Below are positions 26,947 through 40,446 of a DNA stretch of 64,000 nt, one piece after another (position 1 is the first letter of the stretch; every line of letters starts with the position of its first letter). The DNA comes from Eukaryota sp. GEM-RC1 (taxonomy: Eukaryota), in the NCBI GenBank assembly GCA_040285855.1, contig JAUFOQ010000013.1:558001-622000 (forward strand), written 5' to 3'. The notes below the pieces were generated by a model, which saw only the letters and a list, made by a program, of their open reading frames with translations, was not told the DNA's origin and did not search any database. A program made the position numbers and the translations under genes.

Positions 26947-27302
26947 TTCATCTCAACAATTGTAATAATGAAACTGTATGTTGGTAATTCGATGGTAAAT
27001 GTATACTATAAATTAACAATATTTCAGATACTAATAAATCTCTGTTGTTGTTGAGAACAATAGCAAGAGCACCAGTAAATAACGTGTGTTATTCACGAGG
27101 GTACTTAAAATGTGTACCTGAACATCTGCTAAACTACTATGATATTTGACTCTGTAGCGGAGTTTTGTTTGGGATAATGTTTGTTCTGAGCAAAATGATT
27201 TTTCAAGTGTGCATTACATTCATCGTTTAATTATGGTGCTTTTGATGAGAAATTAATTATGATTAATGACAAATGTGATTTTTATAAACAATGAAAACTT
27301 GT

Positions 27303-27659
27303 TTAAAAAGACATTCTATTTTTGTGTAGTGATTTTAACGACTGTTGTGTTTGACTGTTGATTGAGTTGTTATCTAGAGAAATCGTAGAAACTGAAGAAT
27401 TCACCTTCAACGCTTCAGCAATTGCAATAGCTCCTTCATTACCAATTGAGTTGGTCCATAGATTGATCGTAGAAACTGAAGAATTCACCTTCAAAGCTTC
27501 AGCAATTGCAATTGCTCCTTCAGGACCAATTGAGTTGTTATATAGATTGATCGTAGAAACTGAAGAATTCACCTTCAAAGATTCAGCAATTGCAATAGCT
27601 CCTTCAGGACCAATTGAGTTGTTATATAGATTGAACGTAGAAACCTCATTTCTCACCAT
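27303..27659 (-). CDS. LRR cassette 23, short type, 4 LRR
   Basis: ORF MVRNEVSTFNL...KNRMSF. Confidence 0.7.
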   Translation of the reverse strand: MVRNEVSTFNLYNNSIGPEGAIAIAESLKVNSSVSTINLYNNSIGPEGAIAIAEALKVNSSVSTINLWTNSIGNEGAIAIAEALKVNSSVSTISLDNNSINSQTQQSLKSLHKNRMSF

Positions 27660-28015
27660 TTCATCTCAACACTTGTAATAATGAAACTGTATGTTGGTAA
27701 TTCGATGGTAAATGTATACTATAAATTAACAATATTTCAGATACTAATAAATCTCTGTTGTTGTTGAGAACAATAGCAAGAGCACCAGTAAATAACGTGT
27801 GTTATTCACGAGGGTATTTAAAATCTGTACTTGAACATCTGCTAAACTACTATGATATTTGACTCTGTCACGGAGTTTTGTTTGGGATAATGTTTGTTCT
27901 GAGCAAAATGATTTTTCAAGTGTGTATTATATTCACCCATTAGTTATGGGACTTTTGATGAGAAATTAAATATGATTAATAACAAATATGATTTTAATGT
28001 ACAATGGAAACTTGT

Positions 28016-28696
28016 TTAAAAAGACATTCTATTTTTGTTTAGTAATTTTAATGACTGTTGTGTTTGACTGTTGATTGAGTTGTTTCCTAGATAAATCTCA
28101 GAAACTGAAGAATTCACCTTCAAAGCTTCAGCAATTGCAATAGCTCCTTCATTACCAATTGAGTTGTTTCCTAGATAAATCGTAGAAACTGAAGAATTCA
28201 CCTTCAAAGCTTCAGCAATTGCAATAGCTCCTTCATTACCAATTGAGTTGTTTCCTAGATAAATCGTAGAAACTGAAGAATTCACCTTCAAAGCTTCAGC
28301 AATTGCAATAGCTCCTTCATTACCAATTGAGTTGTTATATAGATTGATCGTAGAAACTGAAGAATTCACCTTCAAAGCTTCAGCAATTGCAATAGCTCCT
28401 TCAGGACCAATTGAGTTGTTATATAGATTGATCGTAGAAACTGAAGAATTCACCTTCAAAGCTTCAGCAATTGCAATAGCTCCTTCAGGACCAATTGAGT
28501 TGTTTTGTAGATAAATCGCAGAAACTGAAGAATTCACCTTCAAAGCTTCAGCAATTGCAATAGCTCCTTCACTACCAATTGAATTGTGCCTTAGATAAAT
28601 CGTAGAAACTGCAGAATTCACCTTCAAAGCTTCAGCAATTGCAATAGCTCCTTCAGGACCAATTGAGTTGTAATCTAGATTGATCGTAGAAACCTC
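28016..28696 (-). pseudogene. LRR cassette 24, ATG-less, 8 LRR
   Basis: Open LRR frame. AT insertion. Confidence 0.75.
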
Positions 28697-29069
28697 ATAT
28701 TTCTCACCATTTCATCTCAACAATTTTAATAATGAAACTGTACATTGGGAATTCGATGGTAAATGTATAGTAGAAATTAACAATTCTTCAGATACTAATA
28801 AAGTTCTGTTGTTGTTGTGAACAATAACAAAAGTACCAGTAAATAACGTGTGTTATTCATTAGGGCAGTATTTAAAATCTGTACTTGAACATCTGCTAAA
28901 CTACTATGATATTTGACTCTGTCACGGAGTTTTGTTTGGGATAATGTTTGTTCTGAGCAAAATGATTTTTCAAGTGTGTATTATATTCACCGATTAATTA
29001 TGGGACTTTTGATGAGAAATTAAATATGATTAATAACAAATATGATTTTAATGTACAATGAAAACTTGT

Positions 29070-29750
29070 TTAAAAAGACATTCTATTTTTGTTTAGTAAT
29101 TTTAATGACTGTTGTGTTTGACTGTTGATTGAGTTGTTTCCTAGATAAATCGTAGAAACTGAAGAATTCACCTTCAAAGCTTCAGCAATTGCAATAGCTC
29201 CTTCATTACCAATTGAGTTTTCAGCTAGATAAATCTCAGAAACTGAAGAATTCACCTTCAAAGCTTCAGCAATCGCAATAGCTCCTTCATTACCAATTGA
29301 GTTGTTTCCTAGATAAATCTCAGAAACTGAAGAATTCACCTTCAAAGCTTCAGCAATTGCAATAGCTCCTTCATTACCAATTGAGTTGTTCCATAGATAA
29401 ATCTCAGAAACTGAAGAATTCACCTTCAAAGATTCAGCAATTGCAATTGCTCCTTCAGGACCAATTGAGTTGTTATATAGATTGATCGTAGAAACTGAAG
29501 AATTCACCTTCAAAGCTTCAGCAATTGCAATAGCTCCTTCAGGACCAATTGAGTTGTTTTGTAGATAAATCGCAGAAACTGAAGAATTCACCTTCAAAGC
29601 TTCAGCAATTGCAATAGCTCCTTCACTACCAATTGAATTGTGCCTTAGATAAATCGTAGAAACTGCAGAATTCACCTTCAAAGCTTCAGCAATTGCAATA
29701 GCTCCTTCAGGACCAATTGAGTTGTAATCTAGATTGATCGTAGAAACCTC
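29070..29750 (-). pseudogene. LRR cassette 25, ATG-less, 8 LRR
   Basis: Open LRR frame. AT insertion. Confidence 0.75.
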
Positions 29751-30123
29751 ATATTTCTCACCATTTCATCTCAACAATTTTAATAATGAAACTGTACATT
29801 GGGAATTCGATGGTAAATGTATAGTAGAAATTAACAATTCTTCAGATACTAATAAAGTTCTGTTGTTGTTGTGAACAATAACAAAAGTACCAGTAAATAA
29901 CGTGTGTTATTCATTAGGGCAGTATTTAAAATCTGTACTTGAACATCTGCTAAACTACTATGATATTTGACTCTGTCACGGAGTTTTGTTTGGGATAATG
30001 TTTGTTCTGAGCAAAATGATTTTTCAAGTGTGTATTATATTCACCGATTAATTATGGGACTTTTGATGAGAAATTAAATATGATTAATAACAAATATGAT
30101 TTTAATGTACAATGAAAACTTGT

Positions 30124-30888
30124 TTAAAAAGACATTCTATTTTTGTTTAGTAATTTTAATGACTGTTGTGTTTGACTGTTGATTGAGTTGTTATCTAGAA
30201 AAATCGTAGAAACTGAAGAATTCACCTTCAAAGCTTCAGCAATCGCAATAGCTCCTTCATTACCAATTGAGTTTTCAGCTAGATAAATCTCAGAAACTGA
30301 AGAATTCATCTTCAAAGCTTCAGCAATCGCAATAGCTCCTTCATTACCAATTGAGTTGTTTCCTAGATAAATCTCAGAAACTGAAGAATTCACCTTCAAA
30401 GCTTCAGCAATTGCAATAGCTCCTTCATTACCAATTGAGTTGTTCCATAGATAAATCTCAGAAACTGAAGAATTCACCTTCAAAGATTCAGCAATTGCAA
30501 TTGCTCCTTCAGGACCAATTGAGTTGTTATATAGATTGATCGTAGAAACTGAAGAATTCACCTTCAAAGCTTCAGCAATTGCAATAGCTCCTTCAGGACC
30601 AATTGAGTTGTTATATAGATTGATCGTAGAAACTGAAGAATTCACCTTCAAAGCTTCAGCAATTGCAATAGCTCCTTCAGGACCAATTGAGTTGTTTTGT
30701 AGATAAATCGCAGAAACTGAAGAATTCACCTTCAAAGCTTCAGCAATTGCAATAGCTCCTTCACTACCAATTGAATTGTGCCTTAGATAAATCGTAGAAA
30801 CTGCAGAATTCACCTTCAAAGCTTCAGCAATTGCAATAGCTCCTTCAGGACCAATTGAGTTGTAATCTAGATTGATCGTAGAAACCTC
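30124..30888 (-). pseudogene. LRR cassette 26, no 5' ATG, 9 LRR
   Basis: Open LRR frame. AT insertion. Confidence 0.75.
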
Positions 30889-31262
30889 ATATTTCTCACC
30901 ATTTCATCCTCAACAATTTTAATAATGAAACTGTACATTGGGAATTCGATGGTAAATGTATAGTAGAAATTAACAATTCTTCAGATACTAATAAAGTTCT
31001 GTTGTTGTTGTGAACAATAACAAAAGTACCAGTAAATAACGTGTGTTATTCATTAGGGCAGTATTTAAAATCTGTACTTGAACATCTGCTAAACTACTAT
31101 GATATTTGACTCTGTCACGGAGTTTTGTTTGGGATAATGTTTGTTCTGAGCAAAATGATTTTTCAAGTGTGTATTATATTCACCGATTAATTATGGGACT
31201 TTTGATGAGAAATTAAATATGATTAATAACAAATATGATTTTAATGTACAATGAAAACTTGT

Positions 31263-31859
31263 TTAAAAAGACATTCTATTTTTGTTTAGTAATTTTAATG
31301 ACTGTTGTGTTTGACTGTTGATTGAGTTGTTTCCTAGATAAATCTCAGAAACTGAAGAATTCACCTTCAAAGCTTCAGCAATTGCAATAGCTCCTTCATT
31401 ACCAATTGAGTTGTTTCCTAGATAAATCGTAGAAACTGAAGAATTCACCTTCAAAGCTTCAGCAATTGCAATAGCTCCTTCATTACCAATTGAGTTGTTT
31501 CCTAGATAAATCGTAGAAACTGAAGAATTCACCTTCAAAGCTTCAGCAATTGCAATAGCTCCTTCAGGACCAATTGAGTTGTTATATAGATTGATCGTAG
31601 AAACTGAAGAATTCACCTTCAAAGCTTCAGCAATTGCAATAGCTCCTTCAGGACCAATTGAGTTGTTTTGTAGATAAATCGCAGAAACTGAAGAATTCAC
31701 CTTCAAAGCTTCAGCAATTGCAATAGCTCCTTCACTACCAATTGAATTGTGCCTTAGATAAATCGTAGAAACTGCAGAATTCACCTTCAAAGCTTCAGCA
31801 ATTGCAATAGCTCCTTCAGGACCAATTGAGTTGTAATCTAGATTGATCGTAGAAACCTC
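31263..31859 (-). pseudogene. LRR cassette 27, ATG-less, 7 LRR
   Basis: Open LRR frame. AT insertion. Confidence 0.75.
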
Positions 31860-32232
31860 ATATTTCTCACCATTTCATCTCAACAATTTTAATAATGAAA
31901 CTGTACATTGGGAATTCGATGGTAAATGTATAGTAGAAATTAACAATTCTTCAGATACTAATAAAGTTCTGTTGTTGTTGTGAACAATAACAAAAGTACC
32001 AGTAAATAACGTGTGTTATTCATTAGGGCAGTATTTAAAATCTGTACTTGAACATCTGCTAAACTACTATGATATTTGACTCTGTCACGGAGTTTTGTTT
32101 GGGATAATGTTTGTTCTGAGCAAAATGATTTTTCAAGTGTGTATTATATTCACCGATTAATTATGGGACTTTTGATGAGAAATTAAATATGATTAATAAC
32201 AAATATGATTTTAATGTACAATGAAAACTTGT

Positions 32233-32830
32233 TTAAAAAAGACATTCTATTTTTGTTTAGTAATTTTAATGACTGTTGTGTTTGACTGTTGATTGAGTTG
32301 TTTCCTAGATAAATCTCAGAAACTGAAGAATTCACCTTCAAAGCTTCAGCAATTGCAATAGCTCCTTCATTACCAATTGAGTTGTTTCCTAGATAAATCG
32401 TAGAAACTGAAGAATTCACCTTCAAAGCTTCAGCAATTGCAATAGCTCCTTCATTACCAATTGAGTTGTTTCCTAGATAAATCGTAGAAACTGAAGAATT
32501 CACCTTCAAAGCTTCAGCAATTGCAATAGCTCCTTCAGGACCAATTGAGTTGTTTCCTAGATAAATCGTAGAAACTGAAGAATTCACCTTCAAAGCTTCA
32601 GCAATTGCAATAGCTCCTTCAGGACCAATTGAGTTGTTTTGTAGATAAATCGCAGAAACTGAAGAATTCACCTTCAAAGCTTCAGCAATTGCAATAGCTC
32701 CTTCACTACCAATTGAATTGTGCCTTAGATAAATCGTAGAAACTGCAGAATTCACCTTCAAAGCTTCAGCAATTGCAATAGCTCCTTCAGGACCAATTGA
32801 GTTGTAATCTAGATTGATCGTAGAAACCTC
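32233..32830 (-). pseudogene. LRR cassette 28, ATG-less, 7 LRR
   Basis: Open LRR frame. AT insertion. Extra A at the stop. Confidence 0.75.
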
Positions 32831-33203
32831 ATATTTCTCACCATTTCATCTCAACAATTTTAATAATGAAACTGTACATTGGGAATTCGATGGTAAATGT
32901 ATAGTAGAAATTAACAATTCTTCAGATACTAATAAAGTTCTGTTGTTGTTGTGAACAATAACAAAAGTACCAGTAAATAACGTGTGTTATTCATTAGGGC
33001 AGTATTTAAAATCTGTACTTGAACATCTGCTAAACTACTATGATATTTGACTCTGTCACGGAGTTTTGTTTGGGATAATGTTTGTTCTGAGCAAAATGAT
33101 TTTTCAAGTGTGTATTATATTCACCGATTAATTATGGGACTTTTGATGAGAAATTAAATATGATTAATAACAAATATGATTTTAATGTACAATGAAAACT
33201 TGT

Positions 33204-33884
33204 TTAAAAAGACATTCTATTTTTGTTTAGTAATTTTAATGACTGTTGTGTTTGACTGTTGATTGAGTTGTTATCTAGATAAATCGTAGTAACTGAAGAA
33301 TTCACCTTCAAAGCTTCAGCAATTGCAATAGCTCCTTCATTACCAATTGAGTTGTGCCTTAGATCGATCGTAGAAACTAAAGAATTCACCTTCAAAGCTT
33401 CAGCAATTGCAATAGCTCCTTCAGGACCAATTGAGTTGTTTCCTAGATGGATCGTAGAAACTGAAGAATTCACCTTCAAAGCTTCAGCAATTGCAATAGC
33501 TCTTTCACTACCAATTGAATTGTGCCTTAGATAAATCGTAGAAACTGCAGAATTCACCTTCAAAGCTTCAGCAATTGCAATAGCTCCTTCAGGACCAATT
33601 GAGTTGTGCCTTAGATCGATGTAAGAAACTGAAGAATTCACCTTCAAAGCTTCAGCAATTGCAATAGCTCCTTCAGGACCAATTGAGTTGTTTCCTAGAT
33701 GGATCGTAGAAACTGAAGAATTCACCTTCAAAGCTTCAGCAATTGCAATAGCTCCTTCACTACCAATTGAATTGTGCCTTAGATAAATCGTAGAAACTGC
33801 AGAATTCACCTTCAAAGCTTCAGCAATTGCAATAGCTCCTTCAGGACCAATTGAGTTGTAATCTAGATTGATCGTAGAAACCTC
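33204..33884 (-). pseudogene. LRR cassette 29, ATG-less, 8 LRR
   Basis: Open LRR frame. AT insertion. Confidence 0.75.
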
Positions 33885-34254
33885 ATATTTCTCACCATTT
33901 CATCTCAACAATTTTAATAATGAAACTGTATGTTGGTAATTCGATGGTAAATGTATACTATAAATTAACAATATTTCAGATACTAATAAATCTCTGTTGT
34001 TGTTGAGAACAATAGCAAGAGCACCAGTAAATAACGTGTGTTATTCACGAGGGTACTTAAAATGTGTACCTGAACATCTGCTAAACTACTATGATATTTG
34101 ACTCTGTAGCGGAGTTTTGTTTGGGATAATGTTTGTTCTGAGCAAAATGATTTTTCAAGTATGCATTACATTCATCGTTTAATTATGGTGCTTTTGATGA
34201 GAAATTAATTATGATTAATGACAAATGTGATTTTTATAAACAATGAAAACTTGT

Positions 34255-35103
34255 TTAAAAAGACATTCTATTTTTGTGTAGTGATTTTAACGACTGTTGT
34301 GTTTGACTGTTGATTGAGTTGTTATCTAGATAAATCGTAGAAACTGAAGAATTCACCTTCAAAGCTTCAGCAATTGCAATAGCTCCTTCATTACCAATTG
34401 AGTTTTCAGCTAGATGGATCGTAGAAACTGAAGAATTCACCTTCAAAGCTTCAGCAATTGCAATAGCTCCTTCATTACCAATTGAGTTTTCAGCTAGATA
34501 AATCTCAGAAACTGAAGAATTCACCTTCAAAGCTTCAGCAATTGCAATAGCTCCTTCATTACCAATTGAGTTGTGCCTTAGATCGATCGTAGAAACTAAA
34601 GAATTCACCTTCAAAGCTTCAGCAATTGCAATAGCTCCTTCAGGACCAATTGAGTTGTTTCCTAGATGGATCGTAGAAACTGAAGAATTCACCTTCAAAG
34701 CTTCAGCAATTGCAATAGCTCTTTCACTACCAATTGAATTGTGCCTTAGATAAATCGTAGAAACTGCAGAATTCACCTTCAAAGATTCAGCAATTGCAAT
34801 AGCTCCTTCAGGACCAATTGAGTTGTGCCTTAGATCGATGTAAGAAACTGAAGAATTCACCTTCAAAGCTTCAGCAATTGCAATAGCTCCTTCAGGACCA
34901 ATTGAGTTGTTTCCTAGATGGATCGTAGAAACTGAAGAATTCACCTTCAAAGCTTCAGCAATTGCAATAGCTCCTTCACTACCAATTGAATTGTGCCTTA
35001 GATAAATCGTAGAAACTGCAGAATTCACCTTCAAAGCTTCAGCAATTGCAATAGCTCCTTCAGGACCAATTGAGTTGTAATCTAGATTGATCGTAGAAAC
35101 CTC
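34255..35103 (-). pseudogene. LRR cassette 30, ATG-less, 10 LRR
   Basis: Open LRR frame. AT insertion. Confidence 0.75.
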
Positions 35104-35473
35104 ATATTTCTCACCATTTCATCTCAACAATTTTAATAATGAAACTGTATGTTGGTAATTCGATGCTAAATGTATACTATAAATTAACAATATTTCAGAT
35201 ACTAATAAATCTCTGTTGTTGTTGAGAACAATAGCAAGAGCACCAGTAAATAACGTGTGTTATTCACGAGGGTACTTAAAATGTGTACCTGAACATCTGC
35301 TAAACTACTATGATATTTGACTCTGTAGCGGAGTTTTGTTTGGGATAATGTTTGTTCTGAGCAAAATGATTTTTCAAGTGTGCATTACATTCATCGTTTA
35401 ATTATGGTGCTTTTGATGAGAAATTAATTATGATTAATGACAAATGTGATTTTTATAAACAATGAAAACTTGT

Positions 35474-36961
35474 TTAAAAAGACATTCTATTTTTGTGTAG
35501 TGATTTTAACGACTGTTGTGTTTGACTGTTGATTGAGTTGTTATCTAGATAAATCGTAGAAACTGAAGAATTCACCTTCAAAGCTTCAGCAATTGCAATA
35601 GCTCCTTCATTACCAATTGAGTTTTCAGCTAGATGGATCGTAGAAACTGAAGAATTCACCTTCAAAGCTTCAGCAATTGCAATAGCTCCTTCATTACCAA
35701 TTGAGTTTTCAGCTAGATAAATCTCAGAAACTGAAGAATTCACCTTCAAAGCTTCAGCAATTGCAATAGCTCCTTCATTACCAATTGAGTTGTTTCCTAG
35801 ATAAATCGTAGAAACTGAAGAATTCACCTTCAAAGCTTCAGCAATTGCAATAGCTCCTTCATTACCAATTGAGTTGTTTCCTAGATAAATCGCAGAAACT
35901 GAAGAATTCACCTTCAAAGCTTCAGCAATTGCAATAGCTCCTTCATTACCAATTGAGTTGTTCCATAGATAAATCGCAGAAACTGAAGAATTCACCTTCA
36001 AAGCTTCAGCAATTGCAATAGCTCCTTCATTACCAATTGAGTTGTTTCCTAGATAAATCGTAGAAACTGAAGAATTCACCTTCAAAGCTTCAGCAATTGC
36101 AATAGCTCCTTCATTACCAATTGAGTTGTTTTGTAGATAAATCGCAGAAACTGAAGAATTCACCTTCAAAGCTTCAGCAATTGCAATAGCTCCTTCAGGA
36201 CCAATTGAGTTGTTATATAGATTGATCGTAGAAACTGAAGAATTCACCTTCAAAGCTTCAGCAATTGCAATAGCTCCTTCAGGACCAATTGAGTTGTTTT
36301 GTAGATAAATCGCAGAAACTGAAGAATTCACCTTCAAAGCTTCAGCAATTGCAATAGCTCCTTCACTACCAATTGAGTTGTTCCATAGATAAATCTCAGA
36401 AACTGAAGAATTCACCTTCAAAGCTTCAGCAATTGCAATAGCTCCTTCAGGACCAATTGAGTTGTTATATAGATTGATCGTAGAAACTGAAGAATTCACC
36501 TTCAAAGCTTCAGCAATTGCAATAGCTCCTTCATTACCAATTGAGTTGTTATCTAGATAAATCGTAGAAACCTCATTTCTCACCATTACATCATAACAAT
36601 TCTTCAACTTCGAACTAAGCTCGTTCCAATCAATAACAAGCTCCTTCTCTTCAACTTGTTGTACAGGGCACACACTTTCAATAGACTTGATTGGTGAAGG
36701 AGTGTCATCTAGAAGCCTAGCAGAAGCAACATTGGACTCCGAAACAACAGAAAGAGAGACCAAACGACGAGAAGCTTCGGAGTGAATAGAGCAAAGTTCT
36801 TCATTTAAAGAGGAGATGATAGCAGATTGGTTCTTAAGTAGGGTGGAGGTTGTGGTAATGAAGTTTTCGCCGATCTTTGGTTTAAAGATTACACCTTTCT
36901 TTCTTTTCAATCTCACCTGTTTCTGTACCTTATCAATAACGTGTTTTGTTTTTAAGATATT
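35474..36961 (-). CDS. LRR cassette 31, long type (linker + 13 LRR), frame open from the TTTTTTCTCTAG acceptor-like site
   Basis: The 480-aa track ORF starts at GTG. The frame extends 15 more codons (NILKTKHVIDKVQKQ) to the TAG at 36962-36964. Confidence 0.8.
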   Translation of the reverse strand, partial: NILKTKHVIDKVQKQVRLKRKKGVIFKPKIGENFITTTSTLLKNQSAIISSLNEELCSIHSEASRRLVSLSVVSESNVASARLLDDTPSPIKSIESVCPVQQVEEKELVIDWNELSSKLKNCYDVMVRNEVSTIYLDNNSIGNEGAIAIAEALKVNSSVSTINLYNNSIGPEGAIAIAEALKVNSSVSEIYLWNNSIGSEGAIAIAEALKVNSSVSAIYLQNNSIGPEGAIAIAEALKVNSSVSTINLYNNSIGPEGAIAIAEALKVNSSVSAIYLQNNSIGNEGAIAIAEALKVNSSVSTIYLGNNSIGNEGAIAIAEALKVNSSVSAIYLWNNSIGNEGAIAIAEALKVNSSVSAIYLGNNSIGNEGAIAIAEALKVNSSVSTIYLGNNSIGNEGAIAIAEALKVNSSVSEIYLAENSIGNEGAIAIAEALKVNSSVSTIHLAENSIGNEGAIAIAEALKVNSSVSTIYLDNNSINSQTQQSLKSLHKNRMSF

Positions 36962-37628
36962 CTAGAGAAAAAATATCCAATACTGGGTCGATTAGTTAAT
37001 TTTACATAATTTACTAAATTTCAGATGTACAAAAAGCGGTTTTGTGTGTTGACACAGAGACAAAAACTTTTTTTGACAACACCACTACAGTGTACATACA
37101 TCTAATAATCAATATCCTCAAAGTCCAGATTGCCTATCCGGAAATTCTCCCCTACTTTGGATAGCCGAAATTGTAATTAACATGTCTATAAACTCTTTCT
37201 TCAGATATTAATTGTGCAATTCCTAAAACAATTCTGAACATTAGATTTAAAAAAGCACAATCGCAATTTCAATAACATGTACTTGCCTATGTAGAAACCG
37301 CAGAAATTAATTTAACATAACTAGGTCTCCGTAAATTTAACATCGTCATATGTGTTTCTGCTTTTGACTCCAATATTCAACACAACAAAAGTACCAGTAA
37401 ATAACGTGTGTTATTCACCAGGGTAGGACTTAAAATCTACACCTGAACACCTGCTAAACTACTATGATATTTGACCCTGTCACGGAGTTTTGTTTGGGAT
37501 AATGGTTGTTCTGAGCTAAATGATTTTTCAAGTGTGTATTATATTCACCGATTAATTATTGTACTTTTGATGGGAAATTAATTATGATCAATGACAAATG
37601 TGATTTTTTTTATACAACGAAAACTTGT

Positions 37629-38237
37629 TTAAAAATACATTCTATTTTTGTGTAGTGATTTTAACGACTGTTGTGTTTGACTGTTGATTGAGTTGTTATA
37701 TAGATAAATCGTAGAAACTGAAGAATTCACCTTCAAAGCTTCAGCAATTGCAATAGCTCCTTCATTACCAATTGAGTTGTTATCTAGATGGATCGTAGAA
37801 ACTGAAGAATTCACCTTCAAAGCTTCAGCAATCGCAATAGCTCCTTCAGGACCAATTGAGTTGAAACCTAGACCAATCGTAGAAACTGCAGAATTCACCT
37901 TCAAAGCTTCAGCAATTGCAATAGCTCCTTCAGGACCAATTGAGTTGTGCCTTAGATCGATGTAAGAAACTGAAGAATTCACCTTCAAAGCTTCAGCAAT
38001 TGCAATAGCGCCTTCAGGACCAATTGAGTTGTAACCTAGATAAATCTCAGAAACTGAAGAATTCACCTTCAAAGCTTCAGCAATTGCAATAGCTCCTTCA
38101 GGACCAATTGAGTTGTTAAATAGATAAATCTTAGAAACTGAAGAATTCACCTTCAAAGATTCAGCAATTGCAATAGCTCCTTCAGGACCAATTGAGTTGT
38201 TATATAGATTGATCGTAGAAACCTCATTTCTCACCAT
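37629..38237 (-). CDS. LRR cassette 32, short type, 7 LRR
   Basis: ORF MVRNEV...KNRMYF. Confidence 0.7.
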   Translation of the reverse strand: MVRNEVSTINLYNNSIGPEGAIAIAESLKVNSSVSKIYLFNNSIGPEGAIAIAEALKVNSSVSEIYLGYNSIGPEGAIAIAEALKVNSSVSYIDLRHNSIGPEGAIAIAEALKVNSAVSTIGLGFNSIGPEGAIAIAEALKVNSSVSTIHLDNNSIGNEGAIAIAEALKVNSSVSTIYLYNNSINSQTQQSLKSLHKNRMYF

Positions 38238-38593
38238 TTCATCTCAACACTTGTAATAATGAAACTGTATGTTGGTAATTCGATGGTAAATGTATACTAT
38301 AAATTAACAATATTTCAGATACTAATAAATCTCTGTTGTTGTTGAGAACAATAGCAAGAGCACCAGTAAATAACGTGTGTTATTCACGAGGGTACTTAAA
38401 ATGTGTACCTGAACATCTGCTAAACTACTATGATATTTGACTCTGTAGCGGAGTTTTGTTTGGGATAATGTTTGTTCTGAGCAAAATGATTTTTCAAGTG
38501 TGCATTACATTCATCGTTTAATTATGGTGCTTTTGATGAGAAATTAATTATGATTAATGACAAATGTGATTTTTATAAACAATGAAAACTTGT

Positions 38594-38951
38594 TTAAAAA
38601 AGACATTCTATTTTTGTGTAGTGATTTTAACGACTGTTGTGTTTGACTGTTGATTGAGTTGTTATCTAGAGAAATCGTAGAAACTGAACAATTCACCTTC
38701 AACGCTTCAGCAATTGCAATAGCTCCTTCATTACCAATTGAGTTGGTCCATAGATTGATCGTAGAAACTGAAGAATTCACCTTCAAAGCTTCAGCAATTG
38801 CAATTGCTCCTTCAGGACCAATTGAGTTGTTATATAGATTGATCGTAGAAACTGAAGAATTCACCTTCAAAGATTCAGCAATTGCAATAGCTGCTTCAGG
38901 ACCAATTGAGTTGTTATATAGATTGATCGTAGAAACCTCATTTCTCACCAT
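38594..38951 (-). CDS. LRR cassette 33, short type, 4 LRR
   Basis: ORF MVRNEV. An extra A at the usual stop extends the track ORF to 38544. Confidence 0.7.
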
Positions 38952-39307
38952 TTCATCTCAACACTTGTAATAATGAAACTGTATGTTGGTAATTCGATGG
39001 TAAATGTATACTATAAATTAACAATATTTCAGATACTAATAAATCTCTGTTGTTGTTGAGAACAATAGCAAGAGCACCAGTAAATAACGTGTGTTATTCA
39101 CGAGGGTACTTAAAATGTGTACCTGAACATCTGCTAAACTACTATGATATTTGACTCTGTAGCGGAGTTTTGTTTGGGATAATGTTTGTTCTGAGCAAAA
39201 TGATTTTTCAAGTGTGCATTACATTCATCGTTTAATTATGGTGCTTTTGATGAGAAATTAATTATGATTAATGACAAATGTGATTTTTATAAACAATGAA
39301 AACTTGT

Positions 39308-40090
39308 TTAAAAAAGACATTCTATTTTTGTGTAGTGATTTTAACGACTGTTGTGTTTGACTGTTGATTGAGTTGTTATCTAGAGAAATCGTAGAAACTG
39401 AACAATTCACCTTCAAAGCTTCAGCAATTGCAATAGCTCCTTCAGGACCAATTGAGTTGTAATCTAGAGAAATCGTAGAAACTGAACAATTCACCTTCAA
39501 CGCTTCAGCAATTGCAATAGCTCCTTCAGGACCAATTGAGTTGTAATCTAGATAAATCTTAGAAACTGAAGAATTCACCTTCAAAGCTTCAGCAATTGCA
39601 ATAGCTCCTTCACTACCAATTGAATTGTGCCTTAGATAAATCGTAGAAACTGCAGAATTCACCTTCAACGCTTCAGCAATTGCAATAGCATAGCTCCTTC
39701 AGGACCAATTGAGTTGTTAAATAGATAAATCTTAGAAACTGAAGAATTCATCTTCAAAGCTTCAGCAATTGCAATAGCTCCTTCAGGACCAATTGAATTG
39801 TGCCTTAGATAAATCGTAGAAACTGCAGAATTCACCTTCAAAGCTTCAGCAATTGCAATAGCTCCTTCATTACCAATTGAGTTGGTCCATAGATTGATCG
39901 TAGAAACTGAAGAATTCACCTTCAAAGCTTCAGCAATTGCAATTGCTCCTTCAGGACCAATTGAGTTGTTATATAGATTGATCGTAGAAACTGAAGAATT
40001 CACCTTCAAAGATTCAGCAATTGCAATAGCTCCTTCAGGACCAATTGAGTTGTTATATAGATTGAACGTAGAAACCTCATTTCTCACCAT
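39308..40090 (-). pseudogene. LRR cassette 34, short type, 9 LRR, frameshifted by a 5-nt duplication at ~39690
   Basis: tgcaatagcatagctcc splits ORFs 39665-40090 and 39258-39668. Confidence 0.7.
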
Positions 40091-40446
40091 TTCATCTCAA
40101 CACTTGTAATAATGAAACTGTATGTTGGTAATTCGATGGTAAATGTATACTATAAATTAACAATATTTCAGATACTAATAAATCTCTGTTGTTGTTGAGA
40201 ACAATAGCAAGAGCACCAGTAAATAACGTGTGTTATTCACGAGGGTACTTAAAATGTGTACCTGAACATCTGCTAAACTACTATGATATTTGACTCTGTA
40301 GCGGAGTTTTGTTTGGGATAATGTTTGTTCTGAGCAAAATGATTTTTCAAGTGTGCATTACATTCATCGTTTAATTATGGTGCTTTTGATGAGAAATTAA
40401 TTATGATTAATGACAAATGTGATTTTTATAAACAATGAAAACTTGT

